Positions 51,061-64,000 of a DNA stretch of 64,000 bases are shown in pieces. The notes beneath the pieces are model-generated. The model saw only the letters and a program-made list of their open reading frames with translations. It was not told where the DNA came from and searched no databases. This DNA comes from Azolla caroliniana (taxonomy: Eukaryota > Plantae > Polypodiophyta): assembly GCA_043228905.1 (NCBI GenBank), contig JBHGNT010000002.1, positions 28,272,001 to 28,336,000 on the forward strand, read 5' to 3'. The position numbers were made by a program, and so were the translations under genes. Every line of letters begins with the position of its first letter. Position 1 is the first letter of the stretch.

Positions 51061-51724
51061 TTCTCTATGTAGCTACCTACCCTGTACACACAAGCAATAT
51101 ATATATATATATATAAATGTTGATTTTTTGTGTAAGATATTTAATGGTATGGTGCTCAATCGTGCATAAGGCATATTCAGTATGTACTTCGTGAATACTA
51201 TACGAATCTCAATACAAAAGAACTGAATTTAGGTCATTGTAAATTGTATGAATATTAATTAATGTCTTCAGCATTACTCTTTGAATAAATGATGACGCAT
51301 GCAACCTATATATAAACTGAATTTAGGTCATTCAGTAATAATTAATGTCAGCATTAATCTTTGAATTTGGAAATGGATGAATTAAGGTAAGGGGACTCAC
51401 CGAGTGATGACGATTAGGAGGAGTAACGAGGGTTTTTTTTTTTTTTTTTTTGTTGCTTTTTTTCTTGGAGGAGGGGGGCGTAGAGTGGGGTGGGATTAGA
51501 GAAAATATTGATTCAATAGTAAGGTGAGTGGTAATGAGGGAGGAGGGGGGGGGGATTGATCGAACAAGCAAGCAAGTATGTTGTTATGTATGCAGCAGCT
51601 GTGTATTGGTATGTATGTACGTATGTATGTAGTAGGGATGGATGGATTGATTAGAAAGGGAGTCGGAGGAATGAAATGTTTAATGATAGGAGTGTGCACA
51701 CCACCCCTCCCCTCCCTTCCCCCT

Positions 51725-51964
51725 TTTTATAGACGGACGGACAGGACAAATTATGAATTAATAAATAATCGACATCGATTTCAAATCGTAAATGATTCGA
51801 ATTGAAGAAAGGGTTTTGGGGGGGTGGGCATGACGTGGCAGGGGAGGGCAGGGCAGGGCCAAGCCAGGTACTAATAATAATAGCAGGACAGGTATCTAAA
51901 CAAAAGAAAACAAAAAGAAAGCCCAATAGAAAGGAATAAAAGAAATGGGTGGGGGCCACGTGGC
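51725..51964 (-). promoter_or_regulatory. Candidate SLAC/SLAH core promoter: TATA box plus two ABRE/G-box elements
   Basis: TATAAAA lies on the minus strand at 51731-51725, ACGTGGC at 51833-51839 and the palindrome GCCACGTGGC at 51955-51964. A probable 5'-UTR intron spans 51400 (GTGAGT) to 51082 (TACAG). Confidence 0.55.
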
Positions 51965-52186
51965 AAGCTTGGGGCCCGCTGCTGCTGATGCAGTCTCTCA
52001 TTCATTGGTTGGAGAAGGATGATATGGCGGCGGCGGCTGCTGCTGCTGCTTGTGTACGCGGAGGAATCCAAGAATGTGAGATGATAGGGGATGCCTTTTT
52101 TTACAAAGGCCCCCCAAAAAAGCAAAAGCAGCAACAGTAGAGCCTTACATAAATGCGTTCATATACATACATACACACATACATAC

Positions 52187-52217
<31 letters not shown>

Positions 52218-55200
52218 GTATAACTGTGTGTCTTGTGGCTTCCACACACGGAGCCAGGGCCCCAGTACTGCGGTGGGTGTTGGTTAAAACTGAGGGACGT
52301 CCATTTCTTAGCAGCATTGAATGTGGGGGTTTCTGAGGGAGTTCATGTGTTATTAGTGTTTGTCTGTGTGTCGTGTGTCCACGTTGGACTTCGTGCTTAT
52401 ATCTATGTATCTATGTATGTATCTATGTATGTATGCATGCATGGGCCATTCGCATAGGCCACTTCATGCATGACTTTTGCCATTTCAAAACATATTAAAT
52501 GCTAGAAGAAATCATGAGAAAATATATATATACCCCCCCCCCCCCCACATCATCAGCTCATGAAAATGAACATCAATCCATCCATGTATCTTGTATACCC
52601 CACCCCATCCACGACGATAAATACAACAACACACCCCGTCTCGTCTCCCTTTCCTTCTTCTTGCTTTTTTCACATCACCACGTGTGCCTGCCCTTTGTTG
52701 TCAATGAATGGGTGCAATCCACCGAACATACCATTGATCCGAATTTCCTTTTTCAAAATAGTTCATCAAGTCAAGGAAACCTTCTTTCACTCGTTCGGTT
52801 AGCGTGATATAGCGACCAACCTACCGATCACTCCTCGTCTACTAAGCCTCACTAAATGGGTTTTTTCCCACTTGTTTGTAAGATTCGCTAGAAGACTTCT
52901 CACCTCATGTGGGTGCACTGGCTTGTCGAGGATTTCAACTATATTCAAATATTGAGGGTTGGCCAAGTAGTATAATAAGATGGGCCCGACGAAAACTAGA
53001 CAGCGAGTCAAAGTAGATGTCACTAATAAGATCAACTTTAACTTTAAGCTCAAAACAAATTTATGATTTGAGACATGCAAGTATAGTAGCGCCGAGCATG
53101 AAGTCGTTGCTTACGGTATCTAACCCACCAATCGCTAGATTTGATCGGCATTGCAATCAAGATTAGTGGCACCCGAGGCCCCCCCAATCTCCTGACATAG
53201 ATTTCAAATGGAGGTAGATAGGTTGCTTGAGCGTTTGAACTTACGTAATACGCATGCATCACACAATATTTGATTGCATTCAATGAAGAGTGTGTTGATG
53301 ATCCCATATCCAGAATCATGTTTCTTTCATGGTACACCATGCATAATTCAAAATCTTTTTTTTTGAAGCATCGTGAGTTTTTATGACATCGTTAAAGAAC
53401 TCCATTACCGTTGACCTATCAAACATGGTTGTATGTGTTACATGAGCCTATAGAAGGTGGTGACATAAACATATTGTTCACCGGAATGTGACGTAAACAT
53501 GACAAAGGTACTTCCAAACAGTTTGTAGGCCACAAGTTTATGCAATACAATAGGCTCTCGGTGTGGGGTAATATCTTGATATACTTAGACATACACAAAA
53601 CACCTTCGTCATCAAATAATTAGATTAGAATCTACTCATAGGGGATGCTAAGGTTTTTTATTCAAAGGTAGTGCACCACAATCTTGAGAATCGCATGGTT
53701 CAATACTATCCTAAACCTAAGACTAACCATATCATACTCTCATTCTTTTGAACTATATATCTATCAAGTGGCACGTATATGAAGTGTTTAGTCATAAAAA
53801 GTAATAATCCACTTGTAATGATTAAATGAGTATTCTAGTGACTAACAATATAGCGATCCAATACTACAAGGCATGCATTACTAATAGACAAACATGTATA
53901 ATGTAATTTCCTTTCAAATACAAAGCGTTACTTACTGTATAGGTTTAACACTCGTCATGTACCTCTGAATTATTAAGGTTGGTTCCTTTACCTTGTAGTA
54001 ACTTTTGTGGTTTCAGTTTGATTTCACAGCATATAAATTTACACATCACTATTCAACTACAATGTCAACATCCATCGTGCACCTCTAAATAATTGGGACT
54101 CGAGCATTTAGCCTGTACTAACTAATTTTCTTGTTTCTAACTATTTATGTACATGTAAGGTAAACTTGTACCACTCTTTGCATACAACTTTGACAACTAT
54201 AATGTTACTTTGAAATATTTAGGTTTTTAGGTTTAGCCCATTGTAACTTACATGTTTTTTGGACTGCTTGGATAGTAGTTAAACTTATACTTCACCCAAT
54301 GATCCTAAGATAAGGAGCGCAACAACATTTGAAAAACCCACAAATACATAGGATTCCAAAAGACAAACGTAGTGGCTTTAGAAATATTGGATCCGATTCT
54401 ATATTTCTATTTTTGTTTGCTACACTACTATGATGTAACATGAGTTTGCAGAACTTATAACTCATGAACACTTATGTTGCCCAACAATACCCGTACAAGA
54501 TATAGAAAAGGTCCAAAGTGGCTTACCATTATAATTATGTTTCTAAAAAATTGCAAAACTTGTCTACAGTCTCCATCATTGTCTCAATTAACTTTACTCC
54601 TCCAGTTTAATAATTACCGCTATATGCTATAATTAAATTCTACCCCCACACGCATAGCGGTTAAAAATTGGTCACTTTAAAAATACAAATATATATTATT
54701 CTCTAAGCTATGTTATTTTTGAGTCATCATTGAAAAGCTTGGTTTCATAACAACATTTTTTGGTCCTCACAAGGTTATATAAGTAGGATTCAACCATCAG
54801 TCAAATAAGCAAATAAAAAATAGGTAAGAATCTAACTACCTAAAACTGGTTGGAAAACATTACGACCATTGCATCCATTTAGGTCCATGCACATGCGCAC
54901 AAATAGTCCATGCAACATAAAAGATCAATCCTCTCGAATTAAATTAAAGTGATTTCCTCTTGAGTACAAAGACATTATATACCATAGCACAAAGTGTAAG
55001 CGCAACCTTTATCCTATTTCTGAGCAAGTTAACTATGGGTAACAGATATAAATGCATTACGTGTCGAGCATTGAGCAACGACAAAGCGCAGTGTGACACG
55101 TGATGTTCTTGCATATTCTAGGAATGTATTAAGCTTTATACTAGCCAATCATAAAAGGAAGTTACAAATGTAGTAATGAATTAATATGAGAAACCAATGT

Positions 55201-55331
55201 AAGAGGGGAGACAGATAGAGCACTCTATAAATCAATGCCAATCGATCTAACAAACACATGTTAACTGATAAATTCAAGACAACCAAGGTAGTGTACACAA
55301 CCAATGATAGCATGTAGTAAGGACGAGCAAC

Positions 55332-55735
55332 ATTGGCATGACAATTGTCACAGATTGCACTATCTTCGGGTTGAGAACACTACCCAAAAAAGACGACTTG
55401 TAGTACACATTTTCAAGACTAAAAAAAGGAACCCACTACATTAGATCAAAGGCTCGATTAGTAGTAAGTCCAAGTTTTATGATTTGTATTTTTATTTGAA
55501 GGGTAGTACTTATTAACATTGAAAAGGCATGACAATTGGCATGACAATTGTCACAGATTGTACTATCTTCGGGTTGAGAACACTACCCAAAAAAGACGAC
55601 TTGTAGTACACATTTTCAAGACCAAAAAAAGGAACCCACTGCATTAGATCAAAGGCTCGATTAGTAGTAAGTCCAAGTTTTATGATTTGTATTTTTATTT
55701 GAAGGGTAGTACTTATTAACATTGAAAAGGCATGC
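55332..55735. repeat. Tandem direct duplication, about 203 bp x2, near-identical
   Basis: ATTGGCATGACAATTGTCACAGATTG occurs at 55332 and 55535, with only a few substitutions across the unit. Confidence 0.92.
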
Positions 55736-57299
55736 ATTTCATCACCGAACCTTGGAAAAAGGGCATATTCTATAAGACTCCTTACACGTCACCAATATTT
55801 ATATATTGGCATAGATTCATTAAATAGAAAGCTAAGCAACATATATGTTAATGTTGAATCCCATTAATGAATGCTTATGTTATCCACATGAAAATTATAA
55901 GTGTTCTTTAGATGGCGTTCCATATTTGCCTCATTGGAATAAATTGAAATGGTAATTAGATTTTGTGAAGTGTAACTTAATCATGTCTTTGCTAATGATA
56001 TCAAGTTTTACAAACTTTTCCGGGGCAAATTCATGGGTTCACATTTGCTAAGAAATATCTCATTTGAGATCAATACAAAGTTCATAAACTTAATCAAGAT
56101 ATTGCATGTTAAAGTGCAATATGAACACATGAAATAATGCATATGATGAAGAACTTTTTAGATTGTATTTGGTAATTGGTTCACTGGAATCAATTGAAAC
56201 TGTAATTGGATTTCGTATTGTTAATGTTAGTCATATCTGTCTTCTGTTTTACAAACTTTTCTATGAAAAATGTTTATTCCACACTTATTACTATTGCACT
56301 TGAGATGAAAAATAACAATCTTAAAAATAACTGGGATATTACGTGTTAAAGAGCAATGTGAACACATTGAATTTATACACCATATCAGAGACTTTACGCA
56401 TTCCATCAAATTATTGCTTGTAGTATAGTATTCACGAGTTTAGTTTATTGAAATTCAAAACTATTAATATTTATTAGCTGAAATTATTGCTTGTGGTCCA
56501 CGTGTTTACCTTATCGAAATTCTGAAATTTCATTGATATAACTGCTTGTGATTTTCAACATTAAGGCTGAGACACGTGTTTGATTGTGGGTCCAAGTATA
56601 AATATTCTATAAATTTCTTTGGAAAAGGATGGTTTTACCAACGCCAGAGTGAAAAATCATGGATTGCACTTCAAAAGACAATGAACAAACAACCCAAGAT
56701 TTGTTAGAACGGCACTTAGAAAAGGCGTACAATTCCTAATGAAATATTGTCATGGTGCGGTAGTTGCAAACATATCTACAATGCCAAACTCTCGACAAAT
56801 GTTGTGCATTCATAATGATGGAACAAGAATGATTAAAAATAATTAGAAATGGTAACTCAACTTTTGCTATAATTACTTGTAAATAGTGCATTCATAAACC
56901 TTTTTTTAAGAATTTACATAAGACTTTAACGTTCAAAATCCCTCGGCCTCTCAAAACTTGCAATTTTCATACATTTATGTCCAAATCTTATCGATTAATG
57001 TGTAATATAAAGCATCCCTTTGGGAACATATAGACGTTGATCCATTAGAAGGTAAAGGAATAAACATGCATGAAAGCTAGCACATGAATGCGAATAACAT
57101 TTGTAATGAAGGACACACATTGGTCAACACTTGAAATGAGGGCTTCAAGACAATGTCGATAAGTATAACGGATAGAGCAATCCTATCAGACCATGTTCTC
57201 AACGAGAGGACGCAAATATAGGAATAATTATATGGCATATGAGGCATGGCACAACATTGAGATAAATAGATTATGTTACAAGTGAGTGTATTGTGTGGT

Positions 57300-58080
57300 G
57301 TATACCTAGAAAGAAGTCATCCAATTATACTTAGAACTTCTACCAAGTTATTTCCAAACATATAATGTTTGAAGTTATTGTGAACCTTTAATACTGAGGT
57401 AGACAATGGACATTACATAGACCTTGACAATGCTACATTAAGTGATGTGGAAATTGTGTACATTACAATATCTAAGAGTGTTCACGACGTCTTCCTTTTC
57501 AGAACAATTTGGGGAGGGAACATTATGTACGCAGAGATGGATAGAGTGTTTGCGACGTCTTCCTTTTGCATTCTGAAATTCGTCTACTCTGGTATGGTAT
57601 GTTTTAATCCTTACATGTCTTGTTGGGGGTTAAGGGCTATAAAAACTCTCATTAATATCTTTCATTTTATGTTTTGCATTTTGGATTGCTTCATTCTATC
57701 TTTATAGAAGACGATGTTGTAACTCAAGGGAGTATGTTGCCTAGTTGTATATTGAGGAAGAATGGACGTGGACATCCAAATGATAAAGAGAGTTTATATG
57801 AAGTGTGGGTTTATGAGAATAAGTCCATTGATCACTTTCTGTGGGATCCAGATGAGTGGAAAAGGAAAATCATATAGGTGTAGGGAATACTGAGCAAGCA
57901 AATCCCTTTTTCCCAGTACTTTGTAAAAGTGGATAGAGATTTGTTAAGGAGGGGTTTGGCTATTGTGCCAACAACTTATAAATTTTGGAGATTTGGTAAT
58001 GTACAAAACTCTTCGTTGGTGATTATTGGAAATGGCTATGGGCCATGAAAATTCCTAAAAACGTTGTATTCTTTAGAAGG
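57300..58080 (+). mobile_element. Degenerate LINE ORF2 fragment
   Basis: LWDPDEWK and PFSQYFVKVDRDLL parallel LTWDPGGWLW and PFFQDSIKLGRSLL of the LINE ORF at 44940. It has many stops. Confidence 0.55.
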
Positions 58081-58239
58081 AAAGGATGTAGTTATTGAGG
58101 AAAGGATGATAAAACCACTAAGGAAGAAGTGCGATGCTAAATGGACAAAATTATAATACTACATTGCAGAAATCGACCTTGAATGTTGGGTTCAATGTTG
58201 AGAATCGACTTGGCCACAAATGGTTGATACATATGCGAA

Positions 58240-58916
58240 TGTGGGTGCAATGATCAAGTATGATAGTGCTCAAACAAATAGAAAATAGAAATACAAAGAC
58301 ATGTCAAGATCTTTAACGTGGAAACCCGAAAAGGGAAAAGAAACCACTGAAGACCACAGACTCTGAACTATCTCAGTATTAGTAAGAGGAATACAATAAG
58401 AACTTGCAAGGCACCAACCTCCAGTTCGTCTTCGTCTAAGCAGACGGCTATGGAGAAGTTACTCACTCTCACTCTCTTACCCTCTCCAGTTATAGAGGCA
58501 ACTACCAACTATAGCTTTTCAACAATTATACAACAATGAAAAGGATCGATGGTGATTCTGTGAAGCAAAATAGGTTAGAGATGTGTTGTGTGTGTGTTTG
58601 GGAAGAGGAGAGGAGAGACACACGAGATACTACATAGAATAGAAAATAGAATACTCAAGAAGATGTATATTACAAAGGAGATTAACCGACACTTACAAAA
58701 TAGGAGGTGGGCGCTTTGTCACCCTCTCTCTTCATTAACTACCAAAGCTCATCGGTCATGGGGAATGTGGAAACTCATTAGTTATGTGTCACAGAATATG
58801 ATTCTATGACACATAGTAAATGCTAGAAAAATAGTGGTGACTTTTGACCTTTGAGTGTTCATACACTCTCAAAGGTGTGTTTGCACACTGGACTAGGTTG
58901 AGCTTGATTCTCAACA
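58240..58916 (-). mobile_element. Possible solo or partial LTR (Copia-like)
   Basis: It contains TTTAACGTGGAAACCC..GGGAAAA..AACCAC, which resembles reversed U5 segments of plant Copia LTRs, and ends in TCTCAACA. No TSD was confirmed and the left boundary is uncertain. Confidence 0.35.
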
Positions 58917-59699
58917 AACAATAATAATCATCATGACATAAAGATTGACCTAGGTGTATCTATACTAATACAACCTTCAGGGCTATTTACAAATATAACC
59001 CAGAAGGGTGCATTAACTCTATTTACATATATAGCCCCGAGTCGGCTTCAACTTATTCGAATTCGATTTTTGGCCATAATCGATTCGGTTCTCCCTTTTC
59101 TTCGACTCATACTCCTCTTCCCATCTAGAGGACATGTTACCTAACATTCAATATATAAGGAAAGAATGCTTATTGATACTATTCAACCTTATCTCATTAT
59201 TAACATGAGTATTAACTCTCGTAGAGCCCTACCACTCCTTCACTCAATCACACAAAATAGGTATTCAAGTTACATAATGCCATCAAAATACATCAAATAT
59301 AATTATGCATGTAAGGCATGTGAAGAAGGGCTAATAGAACATGAATAACACTTTCTTTTTATATTCTCAGTAAGTAGTGCAACTTGTGATAGTTCTAAAT
59401 CCTGATGACGTGTTAAGAGCATGTAATGACCTTAGTGTCACACTAAAGAGGCCACCTAGAAGATTAACCTCATACATATATGCCTTATTCAAAAGTATTT
59501 AAATACCTTCTTAGGACGGAGACAAACATAAGGAAAACTCAGGCTCCATTGGTCAAGTGTGTATCTATCTAGGCATATGGTGTAGCTTAACCAAGAGGTA
59601 GTATCATTTGAATAGGTATGACTTTGAATAGGAGATGGAAATACAACCAATTGATCCAAAATGGAGCTAGAGTCTATAAAAGTTCTAATAGTGAGTCAA

Positions 59700-60140
59700 T
59701 GAACACTAGGAGCAGGCAATATGTCTTATTATATAAATGTGGATAAGCATAATTATGAAAGGGAAAAGATATTATTTACCCTTCAAACTAGTAGAAGGCA
59801 AGTTAAGGACATACCATATTCAAGCTCAAATCGGTTGAATGTAGATGCCACGGTATGGGACACGATATCATTAGTGGTTCTGTGGAATATTTGGATAGAT
59901 CGATGCAAAAATGTGTTGCAAATAAAGCAAAATCTTGCTCATTGGATGAAGGAAATTTGGTCGATGCTCAATTTTAAAAGGTCAATATGACTCCTTCACT
60001 GGTAATGAAGATACCATTTTTCTGAAACAACAATCCTTTAAAGGCAAGTGGAAAGATTTGTTCATCTTTGTGGAGAGAGATGACAAAATGGTTTGGCAAT
60101 ATGTAACCCCTCGATGGTTGTTTCCACCATAGGTGGAGTT
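59700..60140 (+). mobile_element. LINE ORF2 C-terminal remnant
   Basis: VWDTISLVVLWNIWIDRCK..EIW and a following WQYVTPRWLFPP resemble the C-terminus of the 44940 LINE ORF (IWKTVTTITLWALWKYRC..EIW..QYRFPW). Confidence 0.65.
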
Positions 60141-60734
60141 TGGTTTCAATTATGACATAATGGTGGATATACGTTTCTCTATGTTATATTACCCTCCACT
60201 CGATTGTATCATTATATGCTTTGTATACGCTTATTGGATTGATAATGGAAACCATAGTATGAACCATATGTACCATACGTGCATTCACATTTGAGAATGT
60301 TTCAATCATTCGAGTATGGTTAACACCCTCGAAGTATGGTTAACACCCTCGAAGTATGGTAAATACCATACTTTTGTATTCATTATTTTTTATAAGGTAT
60401 TTTTTAAGGTGAGAAAGTTAAGGTAAAAAGTGTAAAAAAAACATAAGAATATTTTGATAACATACGCATTCGTATGAAAAAGAATGTTTGCCAATGCATT
60501 CGAGTATATTACGTACTATGATGGAAACTATTGTGTAGTTTTGTTTAAAAAATAAATAAAATGTGAAGATTTTGAAGATCTAAATAAAATGTTTCTACAA
60601 TGCAAGATTTGAGCCAATGAAGTTTTTGTACGTAGCTTGTGTACAACCTCCACATTATGCAAATGTTAAGAGAGTTAATGTGAATAACTTGAAGTTTGTA
60701 TTATATAATCTTTGATTGTATCATTCCAAAAAAT

Positions 60735-61000
60735 CTCGTAGCCCATACTATGGCATCTACATTCAACCGATTTGAGCCTGAATATGGTACACCCTTAACT
60801 TGCCTTCCCTTAGTTTCAAGGGTAAATAATATTTTTTCCCTTTCATATTTATGCTTATCCACATTTACATCCATCAAAAAGACATTTCCCCGTGTAATCA
60901 CATTAGGTCCATACACAACATCAATGAGGTGCAACATATGTTTCCAAATAGAACATGCGACCATACAGTTCCATAATGCATGTTGCATTGATTCCATATG
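60735..61000 (-). mobile_element. LINE ORF2 zf-RVT remnant, same family as 59700, in the opposite orientation
   Basis: ESMQHALWNC..IW is the zf-RVT tail, and KYEREKILFTL..RQVK..PYS.SNRLNVDA.VW is shared with ORF 59721. Confidence 0.65.
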
Positions 61001-61504
61001 AAACCCTTAAAAGTTGTGTTTTCATCATTATACTTTTTCATATGTAAATTCTCATACATGAGAGCTTGCATGAGTGACATGGTTATCATACATCACATGT
61101 AATGTGTGAGCGCCAAATGGCAAACATGCATCACATGCATTTTATCCATGTCTTGCACCCTCACATGCATCATATGCATGGGGGAATCTATAAAAAAGAG
61201 TGGAGGAAAAAGAAAAGGAGAGGAAGGAATTAATCAAGCAAGCTATGTACTGAATCAAGAAAATAATAATAAAAAATCTAGTTATCTTTTTGGTAATGTA
61301 TCTTGTCCCTCAAAAATTGAAGTCAAGGGTTCGAAATCTCGCTCTCAATCTATCTCTGAATTAGAATCTCCATCTCTCTCACTCTCTCTCACTCTTAAAT
61401 ATTTTCTCGCTAAAGCTAGTACGGACTTCAAATCCTTCCAGTCCAAGACCCCAACGGTCTCGCTTCATTTCGCGAACACGCGAGGATTTCCTCGATAACG
61501 GTGT

Positions 61505-61990
61505 GTCAGCTCAAACTAAACTGAACTGTTAAGCCTTGGTTTAATGGTTTATTGATTTATTGGTTCCAAAAAAATTTAGTGGTTTGGTTTAGTTTGAATT
61601 TTTAATAAACGGTTTGGTTTGGTTCTACAAGTCGGGTTTATCGGTTTATAGGTTTAAATGGTTTGATATAAAGGTTTATTGGTGTTTGGTTTAAAAAAAA
61701 ATTCACCTTAATAGTTTATTAATTTTATGGCTTTTTATTGATTTTATTGATTTGGTTTAAATACTTCTTTAATTTAATGGTTTAATTAAAGTTTCTTTTA
61801 TTGATTTAATAAATTTAATTTAAATGCTTATTTTTTTTAATGTATTATTATTTATTTAGATTTTTAATTAGTTTGATTTAAATGTCTTCTGAGTTCATAA
61901 ACGGTTTGGTTTTGTTTTGTTTTATATAAGTGGTTCGGTCTAGTTCGGTTTAGTTTCAAGGTAAAGAAACTGAACCATGCCCATTGCTGT
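61505..61990. mobile_element. Decayed MITE-like element rich in GGTTT/AAACC motifs
   Basis: Numerous degenerate CGGTTT/TGGTTT motifs and an AT-rich core, ending ..GAACCATGCCCATTGCTG. The termini are not resolved. Confidence 0.45.
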
Positions 61991-62192
61991 ATATTTTTAT
62001 CCGAATTAAAAAGGGGACTTCACACGAATCATATTTCTATAATATATATAAAAATATTCGTTTTTTTTACATCTAGTTATATTTTTATAATCTATTAATG
62101 AATTATTGTTCTTTTTTTAGTAAATAAATTATTTTTTCCCAAAAATAAATAAATTATTTTTTATTATATATATTTTGCAAAAACGAATGGTT

Positions 62193-63250
62193 TTATAATA
62201 TTCTTGGGGCCATTTCATATTCTCGAATATTGCGAATATCATGTATGGAGAACATCATGCATGTGTCAATTTGTGATGTAGACCTTAAGGCTAATTGCTC
62301 ATGCGTAAATGACTGCTTAGTTAGTTGAGGTTTATAAAAGTCCAAGGCAATTCTCCTCATCTCAACATCATCCGATGTTAATGATCCATCCTCCCTGTGT
62401 AGTTGCCTCATCACATTCTTAGTGTGGCCAATATAATTTAGACGAAAAAAATTAGTATTAACCTTATATGCAAGATGAGCCCATTTCGCTAAGGATGCAC
62501 AAAATTTTTGCTAAGCTATAACATCCTCTAATTGTTGCATTTCATCTCATGTTTGACGCAATTCAGCTCCAACCCATATAGCACATGGGTTCTTCTCCTC
62601 CAACTTTTGAAGAGAGATAATCGTTCACCTAGAAGTCGATATCTTTTGTTTGGCCTTTTGTAATTGCAATCTGCTTAATCCTTAAAAAAATTTGCAATGA
62701 AATGCAAAGCCTTATGCACCTTAGAAACAGTAGATAGTTGACCCCCATCTCATAGTCCATATACCCAAAACTTGACTTTTAAAAATATCACCCAAAAAGA
62801 AGAATAATGGAATTTTCGTCGAGAACCTTTTATGTTTTTTAATCTTAACCAACTTCAAAATCACAGGAGCATGATTCGAGAATAGAGAACACCCAATACT
62901 CCCAACTTCTCCTCCAATATCATTAAAATAATCATCTACATATATCCTATCTAGTCGAGATAGAGTAACCCCTAATTAACGTCTTATGACCTAGAAAACT
63001 ATAATGAACCACATATGAAATGAGGGGAGGTGCCAAGCATCTTGTATCCTCCGCAAGAAACACCTCTCCTAAGACGCCAATTCAGAGCCTGCAAGAACAA
63101 CATTAGAACCACCCACTCTATCCCATGAGGCCTCAATCATATTAAAGTCACCGCCCATGAACCAATATTCCAACTTACCACATGCCGGAATCCAATAATA
63201 CCTCCAATCACTACTAACCATATTACCATAAGACTATATTTTACTTGCAT
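62193..63250 (-). mobile_element. Degenerate LINE ORF2 N-terminal (APE-type endonuclease) fragment
   Basis: Minus-strand translation gives WFMGGDFNMIE (about 63140-63165), LSRLDRIYV (about 62940-62962) and FSNHAPV (SDH-like, about 62862-62883), followed by the linker L..EDGSLTSD..EM..IALDFY. Confidence 0.8.
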
Positions 63251-64000
63251 TTAAATGGTGTTCTTGTAACATAATTAAATCACAACTTCAAACCTGAAAT
63301 TTATGAAACTCCCTACGTATTCTTGCCTTGAATCTTCTACATAGCGCACCTCCTAATCCTTGCACATTCTATGGTGGCACCGAAAAATCCTTTCAATATA
63401 ACTACAACTAGAGTACAATAAGAAAAGGAATATGGGCTCATGGGCCTAGATATTTTAGATGTAAGGGTAGAATTAATCTCCTTCACATCATAGTCTTGAG
63501 ACGGAGTATGATGTGGATGCATTCCATGTAGCATGTTGCTAACATCAATGAGTGGATAAGGAAAACAAGTAATGTAGCTTCAATTTACAACACCGATAAA
63601 GTTCATCACCGGTTTGTGTTACGAAAACAAGGTCCAACACTGTTAATCAATTAAACAATTATTGTACCATGTAATCAATTAAACGCATTGCAAAAGTAAG
63701 AAAGTAGTTGTAGGGAATTAAACAATACCATGCAACCTAAAGTTTTCAAAAAGTTTGCTTATATGCTCAAACATCGAATATAAGGAGACAATTAACATGG
63801 TGGAATTGTAGATGCTACATGAGCGTCCTATATTGAGGGTACAATTTCTTTTGAAAAGTTATATGCTTGAACTTGACCATATGTAAGAAGTTGGGACCAA
63901 CTTGGATAATCCATGGGATGGATGGATGCCTGTTACAAAAGTCTCCTCTATTGACATTGCTAATTTACTTACAAAAAATTGCTTATATACATGGTTGTGA

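Noticed and set aside
50203-51089. Several long plus-strand and alternate-frame ORFs overlapping the SLAC exon
   Set aside because: They are shadows of a GC-rich coding exon and contain no recognisable domains.

Overview
AT-rich, intron-containing land-plant nuclear DNA. A non-seed plant such as a fern is plausible from the protein divergence and TE types, but the organism cannot be established from sequence alone. Five host genes were traced by hand with GT-AG boundaries: (1) a 14-exon phytyl ester synthase/ELT-family hydrolase-acyltransferase (+, 6589-14089); (2) a 3-coding-exon trihelix (Myb/SANT-like) factor with an unusual triplicated 43-46 aa repeat (-, 16337-18125); (3) a 7-exon TMEM53/DUF829 alpha/beta-hydrolase-fold gene (-, 20629-24239); (4) an intronless 8-Cys nsLTP-like gene (+, 30947-31312); (5) a SLAC1/SLAH anion channel (-, 49072-51060) with a TATA box and two ABRE/G-boxes upstream. 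The centre holds a nested TE complex. A 5'-truncated L1-type LINE (about 33966-46577, 17-bp TSD) is interrupted by a full-length 9.84-kb Ty3/Gypsy element (34836-44679, 433-bp LTRs, ATTTG TSD) and by an hAT-like MITE (46000-46505, 8-bp TSD). The Gypsy element carries a large extra ORF of unknown function downstream of integrase. The rest is decayed LINE, Copia and MITE remnants, local tandem duplications and microsatellites. No CRISPR array, rRNA or tRNA gene was seen, and I found no clearly new multi-gene system. The best novelty candidates are the Gypsy extra ORF, the trihelix repeat domain and the duplicated AG|GT splice junctions in the PES intron.
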